Below, one piece after another: positions 37,079 through 52,036 of a DNA stretch of 64,000 bases. Position numbers and translations under genes: made by a program. Every line of letters begins with the position of its first letter. The stretch's first letter is position 1. The notes under the pieces were generated by a model. That model had not been told where the DNA came from, did not search any database, and worked only from the letters and a program-made list of their open reading frames with translations. Origin of the DNA: Octopus sinensis (Eukaryota); contig NC_043001.1 in NCBI RefSeq assembly GCF_006345805.1, positions 117,676,001 to 117,740,000 on the forward strand. Reading direction: 5' to 3'.

Positions 37079-38334
37079 TTGGGTTGGCCTAAAAATTTGT
37101 TCGGTTTTTATCGGCTCTAAACTCCAAACACTCTTCAATCGTCGGATCTAAATTTCAAGCACTCTTCAGTCTTTCCTTGCGCATGCACATTCGTTAGAAA
37201 CTCAACACTTCAACGTAGTTCGATGCAGACTTGCGACGAGTCAAATTGTATTTTGTGTGCCTGAGATCACACTGAAAAAGGAGAATCAAAACGAACATTG
37301 TCGATACTGCATGCTTCTTTTATATTTTTGAAACAAGGCAAGAAAGCGACGGAAACCTGCAGGAAGATTTACGCTGTATACGGAGAGAATAATGTTACAG
37401 AACATGTATGCCAGAAGCGGATTTTCAAGATTTCGATTTGGAAATTTTTCGGTTCAACATGCTCCTCGATCTGACCAGCCGAAATTAACAGCGACAAAAT
37501 GAAGAAAATACTTAACACCAACCCCCAAAATACGACCAGGGTGATTCAGATACTCCACAAATATCCAAATCGAATGTTGGAAAACCATCTGCCTCAACTT
37601 GGTTTCATCAACAGCCTCCATGTTTGGATCCTACATCAATTGAATGAGGCTAACCTCGCCCAACGGATTTCCATTTGTGATTTGTTGCAGAAACGTAGAG
37701 AGAATGATCCTTTTTTCAAAGAGAATGGTGACAGGGCATGAAAAATGGATCGCCAACGATCGTGAGAGAAGCGTGGCAAACCACACAAAAATCTCCAAAG
37801 CAGGGTTTCACTTGAAGAAGGATATGCTTTCAATTTGGTGGGATTAGAAGGATATGCTTTCAATTTGGTGGGATTAGAAGTCTTTTACGGGCTTCTTCCT
37901 ACGGGTAAGACCATCAATCCGGATGAGTAGTGTAACCAGCTGGACAAATTAAACGCAACGATCTGCATCGTCATTCATCACGACAATGTCGAACTACACA
38001 CTTTTTTGCTGAGGCGGCAGAAGTTACTGGGGCTTGGTTGGGAAGTGTTGCCGCATCCTCTATGTTCGTCCGACATTTCAGTTCTCCACTTATTTCGGTC
38101 TCTTGAAAATTTATTGAATAGACAAACCTTCAACTAAGAAGAAGCTGTAAAAATTTGCTTGGAAGAGTTTTTCGCCAGTAAAGACGGGAAATTCTTCGAG
38201 CATGGAATAATGGTTTTGTCCACATTGCAGGAGATACTAGAACGAATATCATTGAGTGAATAAACCACTTCATCATTAAAGCTTGTCTTATTTTTGCTTA
38301 AAAAAAAAACGAACGAACATTTTAGTCACCCCAA
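37079..38334 (+). mobile_element. Second mariner element, different subfamily, defective transposase
   Basis: Imperfect TIRs TTGGGTTGGCCTAAAAATTTGTTCG / TTGGGGTGACTAAAATGTTCG, TA at 37077-37078 and 38335-38336; RMVTGHEKWI, MLSIWWD, IHHDN and LPHP segments; many disablements. Confidence 0.88.
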
Positions 38335-38507
38335 TAAATGCATTTTTTTAGCCATGATACCACAAAGATGTCTTTATTCTAATTTGATTCCCACTTGTAA
38401 ATTTCAACGAACTAGTTGCTTTAAACCTAGCTGGAATATCGAATGAAAAAAATACACATAAATGAGTAATTACTAGAAGTATATTGAGTTCTTCATAACC
38501 ATCTGAT

Positions 38508-38680
38508 CTAGCAAGCGGGGCCTCATATCAGTGAGGGGGGCCGGTGCGCATTGATGCCGTCGAGAGGTAGGCCCCAAAACGGCGCGCATTCTCTCCTGAT
38601 GACCCCATACACTTGCTAGCTTCCGGTATACGGAGATTTTAACTGGTAGCACTTGCATGTGCAAGTTGTTTGCAAGACAT
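38508..38680. repeat. Dispersed structured repeat, copy 2
   Basis: Homologous to 31981-32108; long imperfect self-complementarity CTAGCAAG...CTTGCTAG. Confidence 0.7.
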
Positions 38681-40488
38681 CTGACTTTTATTAATCTTGA
38701 GGTTATTATGAAGAAAACTAATTTTCGTCTACACTTTATAGAAGAATGCGAGCATTTATGAAGTATTAGTATAGATGTTTATTAAGTGGTCGTGAGCTTC
38801 TGGACTTTTGAACTATACGGAGACAACATGAGTTAAATGACGCAAAACTTAATTTATGAAGTAAAAAGCGCCATCATTATAGTATCGTCTGACATCTACC
38901 GGATGAATGTTTTCTCTTGTAAATATTATTGCGAATGAGAATTCTGGAAGTTGTTTTCGGTGTTCTTGTTGCTATTCCTGCTGGTTTGGCTTAGTCCCAG
39001 ATCAGCCTTGTTCGAGTAGATCTATAGTAAAAAGCATTCCAGCTACGACCATCAAGTTTTTAATTTAATTTTTTTTGTAGCAGTAGTGTATTTAGGACTA
39101 CATTATCTACATATTTTGTAAAGACGGTTGGATGTTATATGATAGAGATTTGGTAACTATTTATAGTAAATAGAGTGACTATGTAAATGCTCGTTCTTTG
39201 TCTAAAATCAATTATCAATTTTCTATAAATTACTATAATTTTGACAGCAGAGAGGTTCGTGGTCATTACTCTTGAAAACTCTATAGTCATAAGGGCTATG
39301 AGCTTAACTTGTAACTTTTCTAGTCAGTAGGACACGTGTGACAAGGGCGAAATGATGACGGTTGTGACCACGATGATGTCAGCCAGTGAGAACATTCAGA
39401 TTCTAACTTTCTTGCAACCACATGATCCAGATTACCACTAGATAATGGAAATATTTTTCTCCGCCGCAACACAAGATGTTTATAATTTATTCACAATAAT
39501 GATTTAACAGCCAATGAGAGATGAGTTCAGAGTTCAGAGGTCTTGAATAGAGATATGGACTTATTGGCATGCACATGTTATGTTCGAAGCAAATGTGTGT
39601 GTGTCTGAGTGTAAGTAGATCGGCAACAAATAAAGTTAGAAGCCATCTTGTAATTATCAGAAGTACTAAATGTAAATTCTAAAAAGCAGAAAATAGAATT
39701 TGGATGATGCTTTTGCGGCAGCCATCTTTGGACTTGATCAGCTTTTCCAACTTTTACTATCGAGACACATTTTAGTAAATCTATGATCTTTGCGAACTTT
39801 TATAAATTCAAAAGGAGTGCGCTTTCCAAAAAATATTGTGCCTTAACTCTTATGCCAGTTCTTTATTGCATAACATATTCATAAGCATTTCAAATCTTAT
39901 TAAATATTCCAAAATTAAAAGAATTTGTCTTCAGGATCCTATTTACGTTTCATAGGTTAACCACTGCTAAGCTAGAGAGAGACAACGGCATTATCAACAA
40001 CAATTACAAATAACAACAACATCATTTAACATGTTCTACAATAACAAAAACAAGAAACCAGATAAATATTTCATATACAAGTAATGTTTTATTGATTCGT
40101 TTTGTATTTCGAGTTTTGTACAAAATTTCTGAAGGCCACTGTAAGATGAATTTTTTTATGGGGGGGATGGGAGAAATATAATTGTGTAAATTGAAACAAC
40201 ACAGAAAGATATGTCCGATATAACATAAAAGAAAAGAGAAACATTAAAACACAATTGTCTTTTAATGAACAAACAAACAAAAATGTCTTTTTTTAATCAG
40301 CACTCTTAACCCCGAACTAAATTCTGGCTTAAGGGTTATAAATATTGACCTCTTTATCAGTAGTTCATGCCACCAGACCACTTCAAAAAATATTTTCATT
40401 ATTTGGTTTATGGAAATTCATGAAGTATTGTGACAATTTACTTCAATAATTCAGATTTGATACAGTAATATTAATTGTGGTAATAATG

Positions 40489-40567
<79 letters not shown>

Positions 40568-42798
40568 TAATAACTGTTTAAGGGTCTTAAAACATATGTT
40601 ATTTTTCTTGCATATTTAGTACTTAATATGGTATAAAGGTCATGATATTATCACTAATATTATTGTTATAAAATACTCTACCATGGAAGCCAAATTAGTT
40701 ATTTGTTTCTTCACACACGCATGTTTTTTTATCAGAGAGATACGTGCTCATTAACTTATATTGCAAAGAATAAATAGGATATCACTAAAAAGCACTTATA
40801 TGCGTGCGCATAAACATATACATACCTATTCAGCATGTAAATGGAAGATTCAAATATGCCAGTATGAATGGAAGTATTATGTATGAATGGAAAAGTCTAC
40901 ATATATACCACATACGCACACTGATGGAAAACAACCTGGAAAATGATGAACCTAGAAATGTATAATTTCCAAATGGTCTTGTAACAGAAAATGTCGAAAA
41001 AAAAAACCAGCAATTGCTTAAATTTTCTCCTGGTTTGGTTGGAATGTTTTCTAAATTTTTTCTTTTAGGGAATTTCTAGCTGCTGGCAGGAATACGACAC
41101 CTCCCAGCCTTTTATTCAAAATGTGTTTCATCTTATTTTTGATAAAACAATGGAAGACCTTTGTATTAAAAAACATTAAACTTAAAATTCTTATATTTTC
41201 TGCAGCTGGTGCCAGATATTTTCACAACCTTTTCAATATTAGCTGAATATAGAATACCCACCTACAATTCAAAGAATGAAAAGCTTTTAGATTTAAGATT
41301 GAAATCCCCCATTGGGATGGAAAATAATTTACGTTATGTTATTTCTATTTCATTGTTGAAGAATTGGTAATTTTTATATTTTTATAGAATCAGATTGAAA
41401 CACTTTCCAGTTTCCCTTTTTCAAAGGAATCACTTTGCAGAAATATGCTTTTCCATACATGGTAAATGAATAACAATAATTTAACTGAATATATATATAT
41501 ATATCCTTTTAAAAAGAATATTATAGCTTGGTAACCGTATTTATGTATGCTGCGGTCACTACATTGCTAAAAAGGCATTGCTTTGGGTGAAAATTTATTG
41601 CTTAGATTTAGACATTTTTACGTTTTGCATGTTAGACATCTCTATTTAAACTTCATTCCTGTTTACTCACTTCTTTCTCTCATTTACACGCGAAAACACA
41701 CACGCCCACATACACACATACACACACGCACACACACACACGCACATACACACACACTTTCCCTATCTCTCTATCTCTCTCCCTCTCTCTCTCTTTCTCT
41801 CTCTGTCTCCAGTATACCCTTCCATATTTTTCCTATCAGTTTCGATTTCTTCTCTTTCCCTTGTACCTCTCTTACAAACTCTTTTTTCATTCTCTTCTCT
41901 GTTTCTTTCTATGCTTTCTTTCTTACTTCCTTTCTCTCTCTCTCTCTTTCTTCCTCTTTCTCCCTTCTCTCTTTTTTATTTATCTACTTCTCTAGTCCAA
42001 CTTTCAATAGATGTTTTGTCATAAAATACAAATGTACATATTTTTCACAACCAACGGCTCTTCAAATTGGAACCAGATAAGTTCATTTGTTATTCTTTCA
42101 ATTTCTTTTTTTTTTTTTCATCTGGAACAAGAACACACTTTTTATTTGTAAATTGTCTTAATAACATTCATTAAAAAAATTACCTATCAAAGATTTTGAA
42201 GGTTAGTTTAAAAATTCTTGTATATTTCGTAAACCCGCTTGCTAATGACACTTGGTTCAGTCAGTTAAAATACTAACAAAATAGTTTTAAAAAATTGTTC
42301 TGGTTTGGTCTGGTGATAAAAATTACAGATTTTGAGGCATTTAAATGGAATTGTTATTATCACCACTTATTACTATTACCTAGTCTTCGTCATCATTGTC
42401 CTCATTATCACCCAGCGCTCTAAATACGTGAGCCATGTTAATGCAGTTTTTTTCTTTTCTTTTTCTTCCCCGTCCCCCTTTATTATTGAGGATGCAGAGG
42501 AGAGGGTTTATCGTCAATTTGTAACTAGCAGATAGAAACTACAGACATATAAAAGGGCAATAATTGGCTACACCGGAATAAGATGCAATATAAAATTTAT
42601 CGCACACACACACACACACACACACACAAATTATGATAATAGATATAATAGATAAAGCTTCCCACCATTTCAATTTTATGGTATGTATGCATGTGTATAT
42701 ATATGTATTATATATATATATTATATATATATTATATAGATATAATATAGATATAAATATAGACATAGATATATAATATATATATATACATACATATA

Positions 42799-42873
<75 letters not shown>

Positions 42874-42975
42874 TATTTATAGATATAGATATAAATATAG
42901 ACATAGATATATACATATATATATACATATATATTATATATGTACATATATGCACACACACACATATATATATAT

Positions 42976-43009
<34 letters not shown>

Positions 43010-43479
43010 CGCACATACACACACATACACACAAAGTTTCGGAATTGGATGGGATAAGCTTGGAAGAACCATATAAATGAACAGCATAAAAAAAATAGTG
43101 AAACGTAGGAAGTACAAAATGTCTTGAGAGATCACACATCTTATTTCCTTTGATTACAGTTTGGAATATCTCGTACGATTTTTACATATATTCCTGTAAA
43201 TAATAATAACAATGACTCTATATAATAAAATTTAGAAAAAGGAAGATACTAGTCTCATTACGTACTGACTTCATCGGTGTTTCACGTGACACTCGAAGCT
43301 AATGGAATGCAAAGGCAAAAAGAGGTTTGTGCAAAATGCACGTTCAATGTCTTCAACATTGAAATCGAATAATACTTTTATAAACAAGCTATAATTTATA
43401 TCTCTTGATCATCATTAAATGTTTGTGTTTGATTTGATGGTGCCAACGGTTGGACTGGATAGGATATTTGATGTTGCTG

Positions 43480-43745
43480 CTATTACTATTTTGTTGTTGC
43501 TGTTGTTGTTGTTACTGCTACTGCTGTTGTGGTGGTGGTGGTGGTGGTGGTGGTGGTGGTGGTGGTGGTGGTGGCGGCGGCGGCGGTTGTGGTGGTGGTG
43601 GTGGTGGTGGTGGTGGTGGTGGTGGTGGTGGTGGTGGTGGTGGTGGGGGTTGGTGGTGGTGGTGGTGGTGGTGGTGGTGGTGTTTGCTGCTACTGTTTTT
43701 ATTGTTGTTGTTGTTGTTACTGCTGTTGCTGCTGCTGCTGCTGTT
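43480..43745. repeat. Compound (GTT)/(GGT)/(GGC)/(GCT) trinucleotide array
   Basis: Directly visible; source of the poly-W/G/V ORFs. Confidence 0.95.
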
Positions 43746-44404
43746 ATAGGGACGGGGTACTCATCACTAATTCGGCATTTGTTTCATAGATGGTTCTGTG
43801 ATTTATTTCGGCTTTGTGAAAGAACATTATAAATAATTTTGGGGGGCTCTAATAAGCAACAGAAAGACAAATATTATCAAACATGTAACTGCTACATGTT
43901 GACTTAAAGTTGACTGTAGTAACTATGTCTTTGTAAACTGCGAGTGAGTGCGAAAGAACTGCAAAAAGTGCCCTACTAAGTCTTAGAAAATGTTTAGCCG
44001 ACAGTGAAAGTTGATTTCCTATAAATGCTACTTAACTTAAACACACAAAGACTATTTATTTCAAATTATTTCACTAGCACACACAAGTACGTACACACCT
44101 ACATGCGTACATACACAAGCATACCAATATGGTCTGGAAATCCGATTGATTTCGAATTTCCTCCACTCAGAGACAGTCAATGTCATTCATTCGGGCAGGT
44201 GACTCGGTATCGTTTCAAGAAACGTTAATCGCATCCAGTCTTAATTAGAAGATAAGAGATCGTATAACGTGTCTCTCTAATAATAGAAGAAACATTACGT
44301 ATTCAGTGCTACATCAACAGCCACAAATACAGCAACTTCCCATTCCACTTCTTCCATAATCATTATTGCCACCAACTCCACCACCACTAACACAACGGAA
44401 AATG

Positions 44405-44512
44405 CTATCATCATCATCATCATCATCATCATCATCGTCATCCTCATCGCCAACATCATCATCATCCTCGTCATCATCCTCATCATCATCATCCTCATCA
44501 TCATCATCCTCG

Positions 44513-44577
<65 letters not shown>

Positions 44578-44585
44578 GTCATCAT
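44405..44585. repeat. (CAT)n microsatellite
   Basis: Directly visible. Confidence 0.95.
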
Positions 44586-44761
44586 CAGTACCATCAATAT
44601 CCTTTTTGGTACGATCATCGTTAATATCGCCACAATGTTTCCCGAGAACTGGTAGAATTCGGTAAAAATACTAAATATCTAATTTCAGAAGTAAATAGTC
44701 TCAATAAAATAACATTTTGCTTATATAAATACATACATACTACATATGCGCGCGCACACAA

Positions 44762-44818
<57 letters not shown>

Positions 44819-44841
44819 ATATATATTATATATATATATAT

Positions 44842-44873
<32 letters not shown>

Positions 44874-45326
44874 ATATAGCAAAGTAATATTTATCCCTAC
44901 TTAACATGAATATTGTTAGAATACATATATATATATATAAAGAAAGAAAGAAAGAAAGAAAGAAAGAAGAAAGAAGAAAGAAAGAAAGAAAGAAGAAAGA
45001 AAGAAAGAAAGAAAAAAAAAGAAAGATGCAGCCTTTCTGATTTTATTTCGTATCATCAAAAATCTATTTTGAATGAGTATATTGCTAAGCTAGTCACCTG
45101 ACGACCATTAGTGTTCTGAATATAACCTATCAGACCTTAAAATAGACATGGTGTTTGTGTATTGTGTGTCTGTGTGTGTATGTGTGTGTGTTTGCGCGCG
45201 CGCACGTATTTCTTTGTGCATGCGTGCGTGCTCTCTAACAGAGAGGAAGATAAACACACATATATATGCATATATATGTGTGTTTATCTTTCTCTCTGTT
45301 TCTTTCTCTCTTTCTCTCTCGTTCTC

Positions 45327-45381
<55 letters not shown>

Positions 45382-45463
45382 CATATATAGACAGACAGAC
45401 AGGAAGACAGACAAACAGATAGCTAGCAAGCTATCTATCTATCTATCTAGCTAGCTAGCTAGC

Positions 45464-45617
<154 letters not shown>

Positions 45618-47429
45618 TACTTCGCAACTACGTGATTCCGAGATCGTTCTCACTGCGCGGCACCTGGATAAGCAGCTTGCATGTGTGTGCTTGTGTTTGT
45701 ATTCTATACAAACACATATATGTGTATATATAAGTATATACATACACGCGCTCGCGCACACCACACACCACACACATACATATTACATATGCGTGCGCGC
45801 GTGTGTGTGTGTATTAGGAAGAGCAACAGATCCTCGACTGATTACAACTGATACCAACGTGGTTAGCTGGTAAATGAGCGACCGGTGTTGGTTGCATACA
45901 AGTTAGGATGCTTTCTTTTGGTTGGTTGATTGACTGGTAGGTAGATAGATCACTTCTTGGAAGAGCCCCAAGTATATTGATTGATTCTTTTGTGTAATAT
46001 CGATCAGCTAAATGGTAACTGGCTCTTTACCTCTCTCTACTTCTTTTTTTGTTTTTCCTCCGTCAGTTCTTTTGATATTTCTTATTTTATCATTCATTTT
46101 CTCCTGTCTTCTTTCTCTTCTCCACTTTCCTCTCTCCTTCTCTTCTTCTTCGTCTTTATATTTGCCTCCTCCTCCTACCATTCCTTTATTGACTTTCTTC
46201 TCGTGGTCTTCTCTGTTAACAACCTGTTAGACATCAGAATCAACAGCTAGTAGCAAGCAACACGTAGCATTCCGAAGCTTTTAAAATCTACAAGGTTTTA
46301 GCCGGTTGTTGCTGCTGCCGGTGCTACAGCAGTCCTAGATTCATCGACTAAATTTGTTGGCAAATAGTGAATAAAAAGAAAAAGAAGTAAAAAGGAAAGA
46401 TAAGAAAAAGGAAAGTTAAACGTTTCTGATACTGATACCAAAGTGTCAAATTTAGAGGAGTTAATAATATAATCAAAAGCTTTTATAAAACTTCTTTGTT
46501 ATGCTTGGGGTCCTAGATTTTTAAGGGAATAGAAGTGATGAATTCGAACAGTCGTTCTGCTTGTCAAGGGCATATATAACATAACTGAAGTTCAACAGCA
46601 ATAATTGGAAATCGAATTGGCTAGAGGACTTCTTTCTTCTACAAACATGGAGCCTCGAATTGATTCAAAAAGATAGGGATGTTGTGACATTTATTCATTT
46701 CCAACAGAATCATGGTCTGTATAGAACAGTTATAGCTGGAAATGGGAAATAGGGAAATAGCTTTTTTAGACTACGGTAGCATAATGATGACGACGATCAT
46801 GAAAAAATGTGAAGACGCTGACGATGGTGATGATGATGATATTAATGATATTATTAACAATATGAATGATAATTATGCTTTGTAATTTCTATATATAGGA
46901 TATAATCCGATTTACACGTGCCCAAACATATGCATACATACATATATAAATACTTATGGACAATTTCTAAATATAACACACACACACACCACACACACAC
47001 ACACACACACGCACACACACACACACACATTGTGAGTGTAAGAAAGAAAGAAAGTGAAAGAATGACACGAGGGAAAGAAAGAGTATTTGTATGCGTGTGC
47101 TAGTGTCTGTACCTCCCAAAATCAGACGATCATCTGTATTAAAATTATCAAGGTCGTCCCGGACTTCATGACGTATTACTTACGTCATTCACAATGTTCT
47201 TTCGAATCAATGTTAAAATAGTTACCAAATTTAAATATCTACGTTCATGTACATACACGTACACACAGACAGACACGCATGCACATACAAACACACACAG
47301 AGTCACAGATATAGTCACACATATAGTCACAAATCCGTCTATAGAATGAAATTCACACAGATTCTCAGATGTATGTGTACATACATATATACGAATACAT
47401 GTGCAAACAAATAAATACATACATATATG

Positions 47430-47463
<34 letters not shown>

Positions 47464-47521
47464 TGTATGTATGTATGTATGTATGTGTGTATGTATGTAT
47501 GTGTGTATGTATGTATGTGTT

Positions 47522-47560
<39 letters not shown>

Positions 47561-48430
47561 TGAATATGTTTCTTTCGTCCAACCAGCATCCAAGCTAAAA
47601 GTATTACTAAATTACTTTGCAGATAACCCTGTATATAAGTACAATTGTATAAACAGTAATATATTTTTGCTAAGAATACAATTAATTGCATAAATGTGGG
47701 ATCTGAAATGATTATTTGACCCGTAGTCATATTTTATGAACCTGTTGGGGCAAAATTTCAGAATACACAGCTCACTTGTAAATTCACCCCTTAAAAAATG
47801 TAATAATATATTTTCAAGAACATTTATGTCTAAATAATTGTGTGTACATTTTTATGTATACAGTTGTGTGTGCGTGTGTGTGTGTGTGCGTGTGTGTGTG
47901 TGTGTGTGGTGCGCTTGTGTGTGAGTGTATTATATACCTACACATACACACACACATATATTTGTGAATATGTATATGTAGTTGTACGTCTTATATTACA
48001 TGTATGTATTGTATTCATATATAGGACTATATATGTACATATACATATAAAAATATTCGTGTATGTGAAAGAGAGAGTTTGTGTGTGTATGTGTGTGTGT
48101 GTGTGTGTATGTCTGTGTTTGTATGTTACCTAGCCCATCGACCAGAAACACATATACACACACAGGCATATAGAGAAAGAAATAGCCCACAAAAATCACT
48201 TAAATGAAAACAAATGAAATTAAGAACAGTTCCGCTCAAAAAAGTCCACCCACCACCCACCCGCCGCCACATATGTCATACTTCTAAGCCAGATGCAACT
48301 TCCATTCCAAAAGCCCCACAGATCGAAGAATCAAGAACATGATGAGTATCCTAGTCAATTTGTAGCATTTTGGTTTCCAGTACCTACTGAACATAAATAC
48401 ATACATACATACATACATACATACATACAT

Positions 48431-48465
<35 letters not shown>

Positions 48466-48492
48466 GGTAGGTAGGTAGGTAGGTAGGTAGGT

Positions 48493-48527
<35 letters not shown>

Positions 48528-49072
48528 CCGCACACGCTGTGTATATTTGCATACATGCATATATACATATAGCCACATATATTTATATGAATATGTATAT
48601 ATACACATATGTATGTATACATACATACAACATATATGTACATACATATTCAGGCATGATCACACATTGAGACATACACACATGTATAAAGAAACAGACA
48701 GGAGAGAGAGAGAGAGAGAGAGAGAGCGCTTATAGACAGAGATAGTGTAAGGTGGTAGATTTGCGTGCGAACTATACCATATTCGATGACATTGAATAAA
48801 AATATAGCTATATTGGCTAGATAAGAAAGCTTTCTGCTGTAGGAATAAAATATAGGTAACTATGTGGATAACTTTGTAAGCTATATGTTGGCACGATTTT
48901 GCAAATTTAATTAACACAAAAGGTATTATTTCTTATTTATAAAATCATCAAAACCTATGTAAATTTTCAAAACTAAATATGTTTTATTTGTGCATATAGG
49001 TGTCTACCTGTACGTGGTGGGTGGATGCGCGAATGTATATTTGTGTAGAGAGGAATGCAGGATGCATTTGGT

Positions 49073-49132
<60 letters not shown>

Positions 49133-49161
49133 TGTGTGTGTGTGTGTGTCTGTGTGTCTGT

Positions 49162-49227
<66 letters not shown>

Positions 49228-50586
49228 TATTGTATATCTGAGAGACAGTGAGAGAGTGAGTGAATGGTTGAATGGGTGAACTGGTTTTGTTAAACACTAA
49301 AATCTTAGAAAAATATGATCTCAGCAACCATTCTTAGCTAAAAGATTCAAGAGCGTAATTGAAAAATCAATAGGACGGCTGGTGGGCGAGCCAAACACAT
49401 TCCCATGTATCTATTCTTAGATTACGTACAGTATAAGGCTTATTTCTTCGAGAAGCTGCTAAGTTCGTTCACTAACATATCATATATATGACTCTTAGAA
49501 TCAATTCGTTATTATAATTTGATCAATGTAACACAAGTATCAAATCTAGTGTAGAACAAAACTTACTTTTATAGTATCTTGAGGTTTTACTCTTTTAAAG
49601 AGATTAAAGTCGTCACAAACTGTTTATTGCTGAAATGCTTCTTTTAATAATTACACTTATTTTAATGCAATGATAATAGTAATGAATGTGCATTTTATTT
49701 ATTTAAATTTTTTTTGTGTGATATTTTAATTTTCTATTGATATTTTTATATGTCTGAAGAATTTTTAATTGTTTTACTTCATGTGATTTGTATTAGTGTA
49801 CATGTAATTGTGTATTTTTTCTGGCGGGAACGTTTTTATCCTTGTATAAACAATGATAAAACTTTAATGTATTTTGTCTTCAAGAGAAATTATTCGTTGC
49901 AATGATAATGTGTTGTCTTTAGAAGCATTGAAAAAAGAGATCATTATCGAAATAGGAATGTTTGCAAAGTTTTTCGCAAATTTTATGAGGAATGTTTGTT
50001 TTTCTTTTTCATTTATTATTATCCAAACGTTGCATAAGATAATACCGTTGGCGTTAAAACAATATCACATGAGATGCGATTTTTAAAAAATCACCATTTG
50101 GTGGATAAGAGCAAATTACTTTGACACTTGCTGTTGACAGCAATATTTCGTGAAACACCATTGGTAACAATATACACATATTTCTTTTTAATTAATAAAT
50201 CAAAACAATCACAACGATATCAAATGAACCGCCATACAATGAATATAGTTTCTAAGATTACAGCGGAAGTCCTTGAGCTGTACAGCAGTATTGCATGGAT
50301 TATCATTGATGATATAAACCAAAGGTTAAAACAAAAACATCATTGTTATATTCAATACTATTGAGGTACAAAATAGATCCAAAAACAAATATATCATACA
50401 CAAATTAAACAAAATTACATAAGAGGGATATGTGTACAATAAACAGTGTTACACTTGATATCGTTGATAATAGAAATGATATTACAAGGAAGACCATTGA
50501 TTTTTAAAAATAAAAAAAAACATCACAAGTGTAAAACTCTAAACAAAAGTTCATTGATTATTGAAATTATCAGCAGCAGCAGTAGC

Positions 50587-50644
<58 letters not shown>

Positions 50645-51327
50645 GTGGTAGTAGTAGTAGTAGTTGTTGTTGTTGTAGCTGTTGTTCTTATGACTTTGAT
50701 GTCTGTCATTATTTAGTTTTGTAATTTTGTAATGTTAACTATTTTTCATTTTTCCTATCCATGCGCATGCGCATATCTATGTGTGTATGTGTTTTTATGC
50801 AGATTTATGTACTTGACATTTCTAAATTAAAAGCCTATTCAGATTAAAGTTAAACCATAAACATTTTTTTAAAATCATTACAAGAAAAAATAATAAATCG
50901 TTTTAGTTAGGTGGAATTGAACTCACACCTTCGGATTCCGGCCGAATGGTTTTATCGGTTAAGAAACTTGACAGGAAAATATATCCAGTGGTTCATAATA
51001 TGATTTAACTTTAATGTATGTTCATGTGTATCATGATGTATGTACGTACGTTTGTATGTGTGTATGCGTGAGAGCATATGCGCGCTTCGTGTGAGGTCAG
51101 TTTCAAGAAAAAAAAAAATAGAAACAGAGAAATATAACAAAGATACATTTTCTATTTTTCATTTTTTAAAAAAATTGGGTTGTTGGTGACTAAACCAACT
51201 TGAGGCACAGTAAGTAGTAACGTCTACAAATCACTCGAATTTAAAATTAAATCATCATTCTCTACTTTGAATGCATATAAACAATAACATTTATGAACAT
51301 TTCTTTCTCATTTAAGTTTGGTCTGCA

Positions 51328-51379
<52 letters not shown>

Positions 51380-51955
51380 GGAGTGAAAAAGAGCGATTGA
51401 CATAAGTTATATGGAAATATTTTCTAGGAAATAATTGGTACCCTCTACTGACGCCTGGTAACAATGCTTAGCTATAAGAATGATGAATATCTTTTTTCAT
51501 TAAAACAGTTTTATAAACAGTTATATTTCTATGTTTGTACATATATGTATGTACATGTGCATATATGTATGCATGACTGTATTTGTGTGTGTGTGTGTAT
51601 ATGTGTGTGTATATGTGTGTGTGTTTGTGTGTGTGTGGTGTGTGTGTACTATGAATAGACTAATAGTCCTTTAAAAACTACTAAGAAATATATTGCATTT
51701 TTTTTACTAATATGTTATAAACATTTACTAATCGCTGACATAATAATAACAGCTTAAATCATCTTTTGCTGATTGTACTGATTAAACATAATAAAGTACA
51801 GTTCGTTAAGATTGCTGTTTCAAACCCAAATATTCCCGTTCTATAGACGAGAAGGTTATGTGTGTCATGCCTGCCCATATGTAGATATGTATTTGAATAA
51901 GCTGTATGTGTATGCATGTCTGTATGTGAGAGAGAAAGTGTGTAAGTGTATGTGA

Positions 51956-52036
<81 letters not shown>

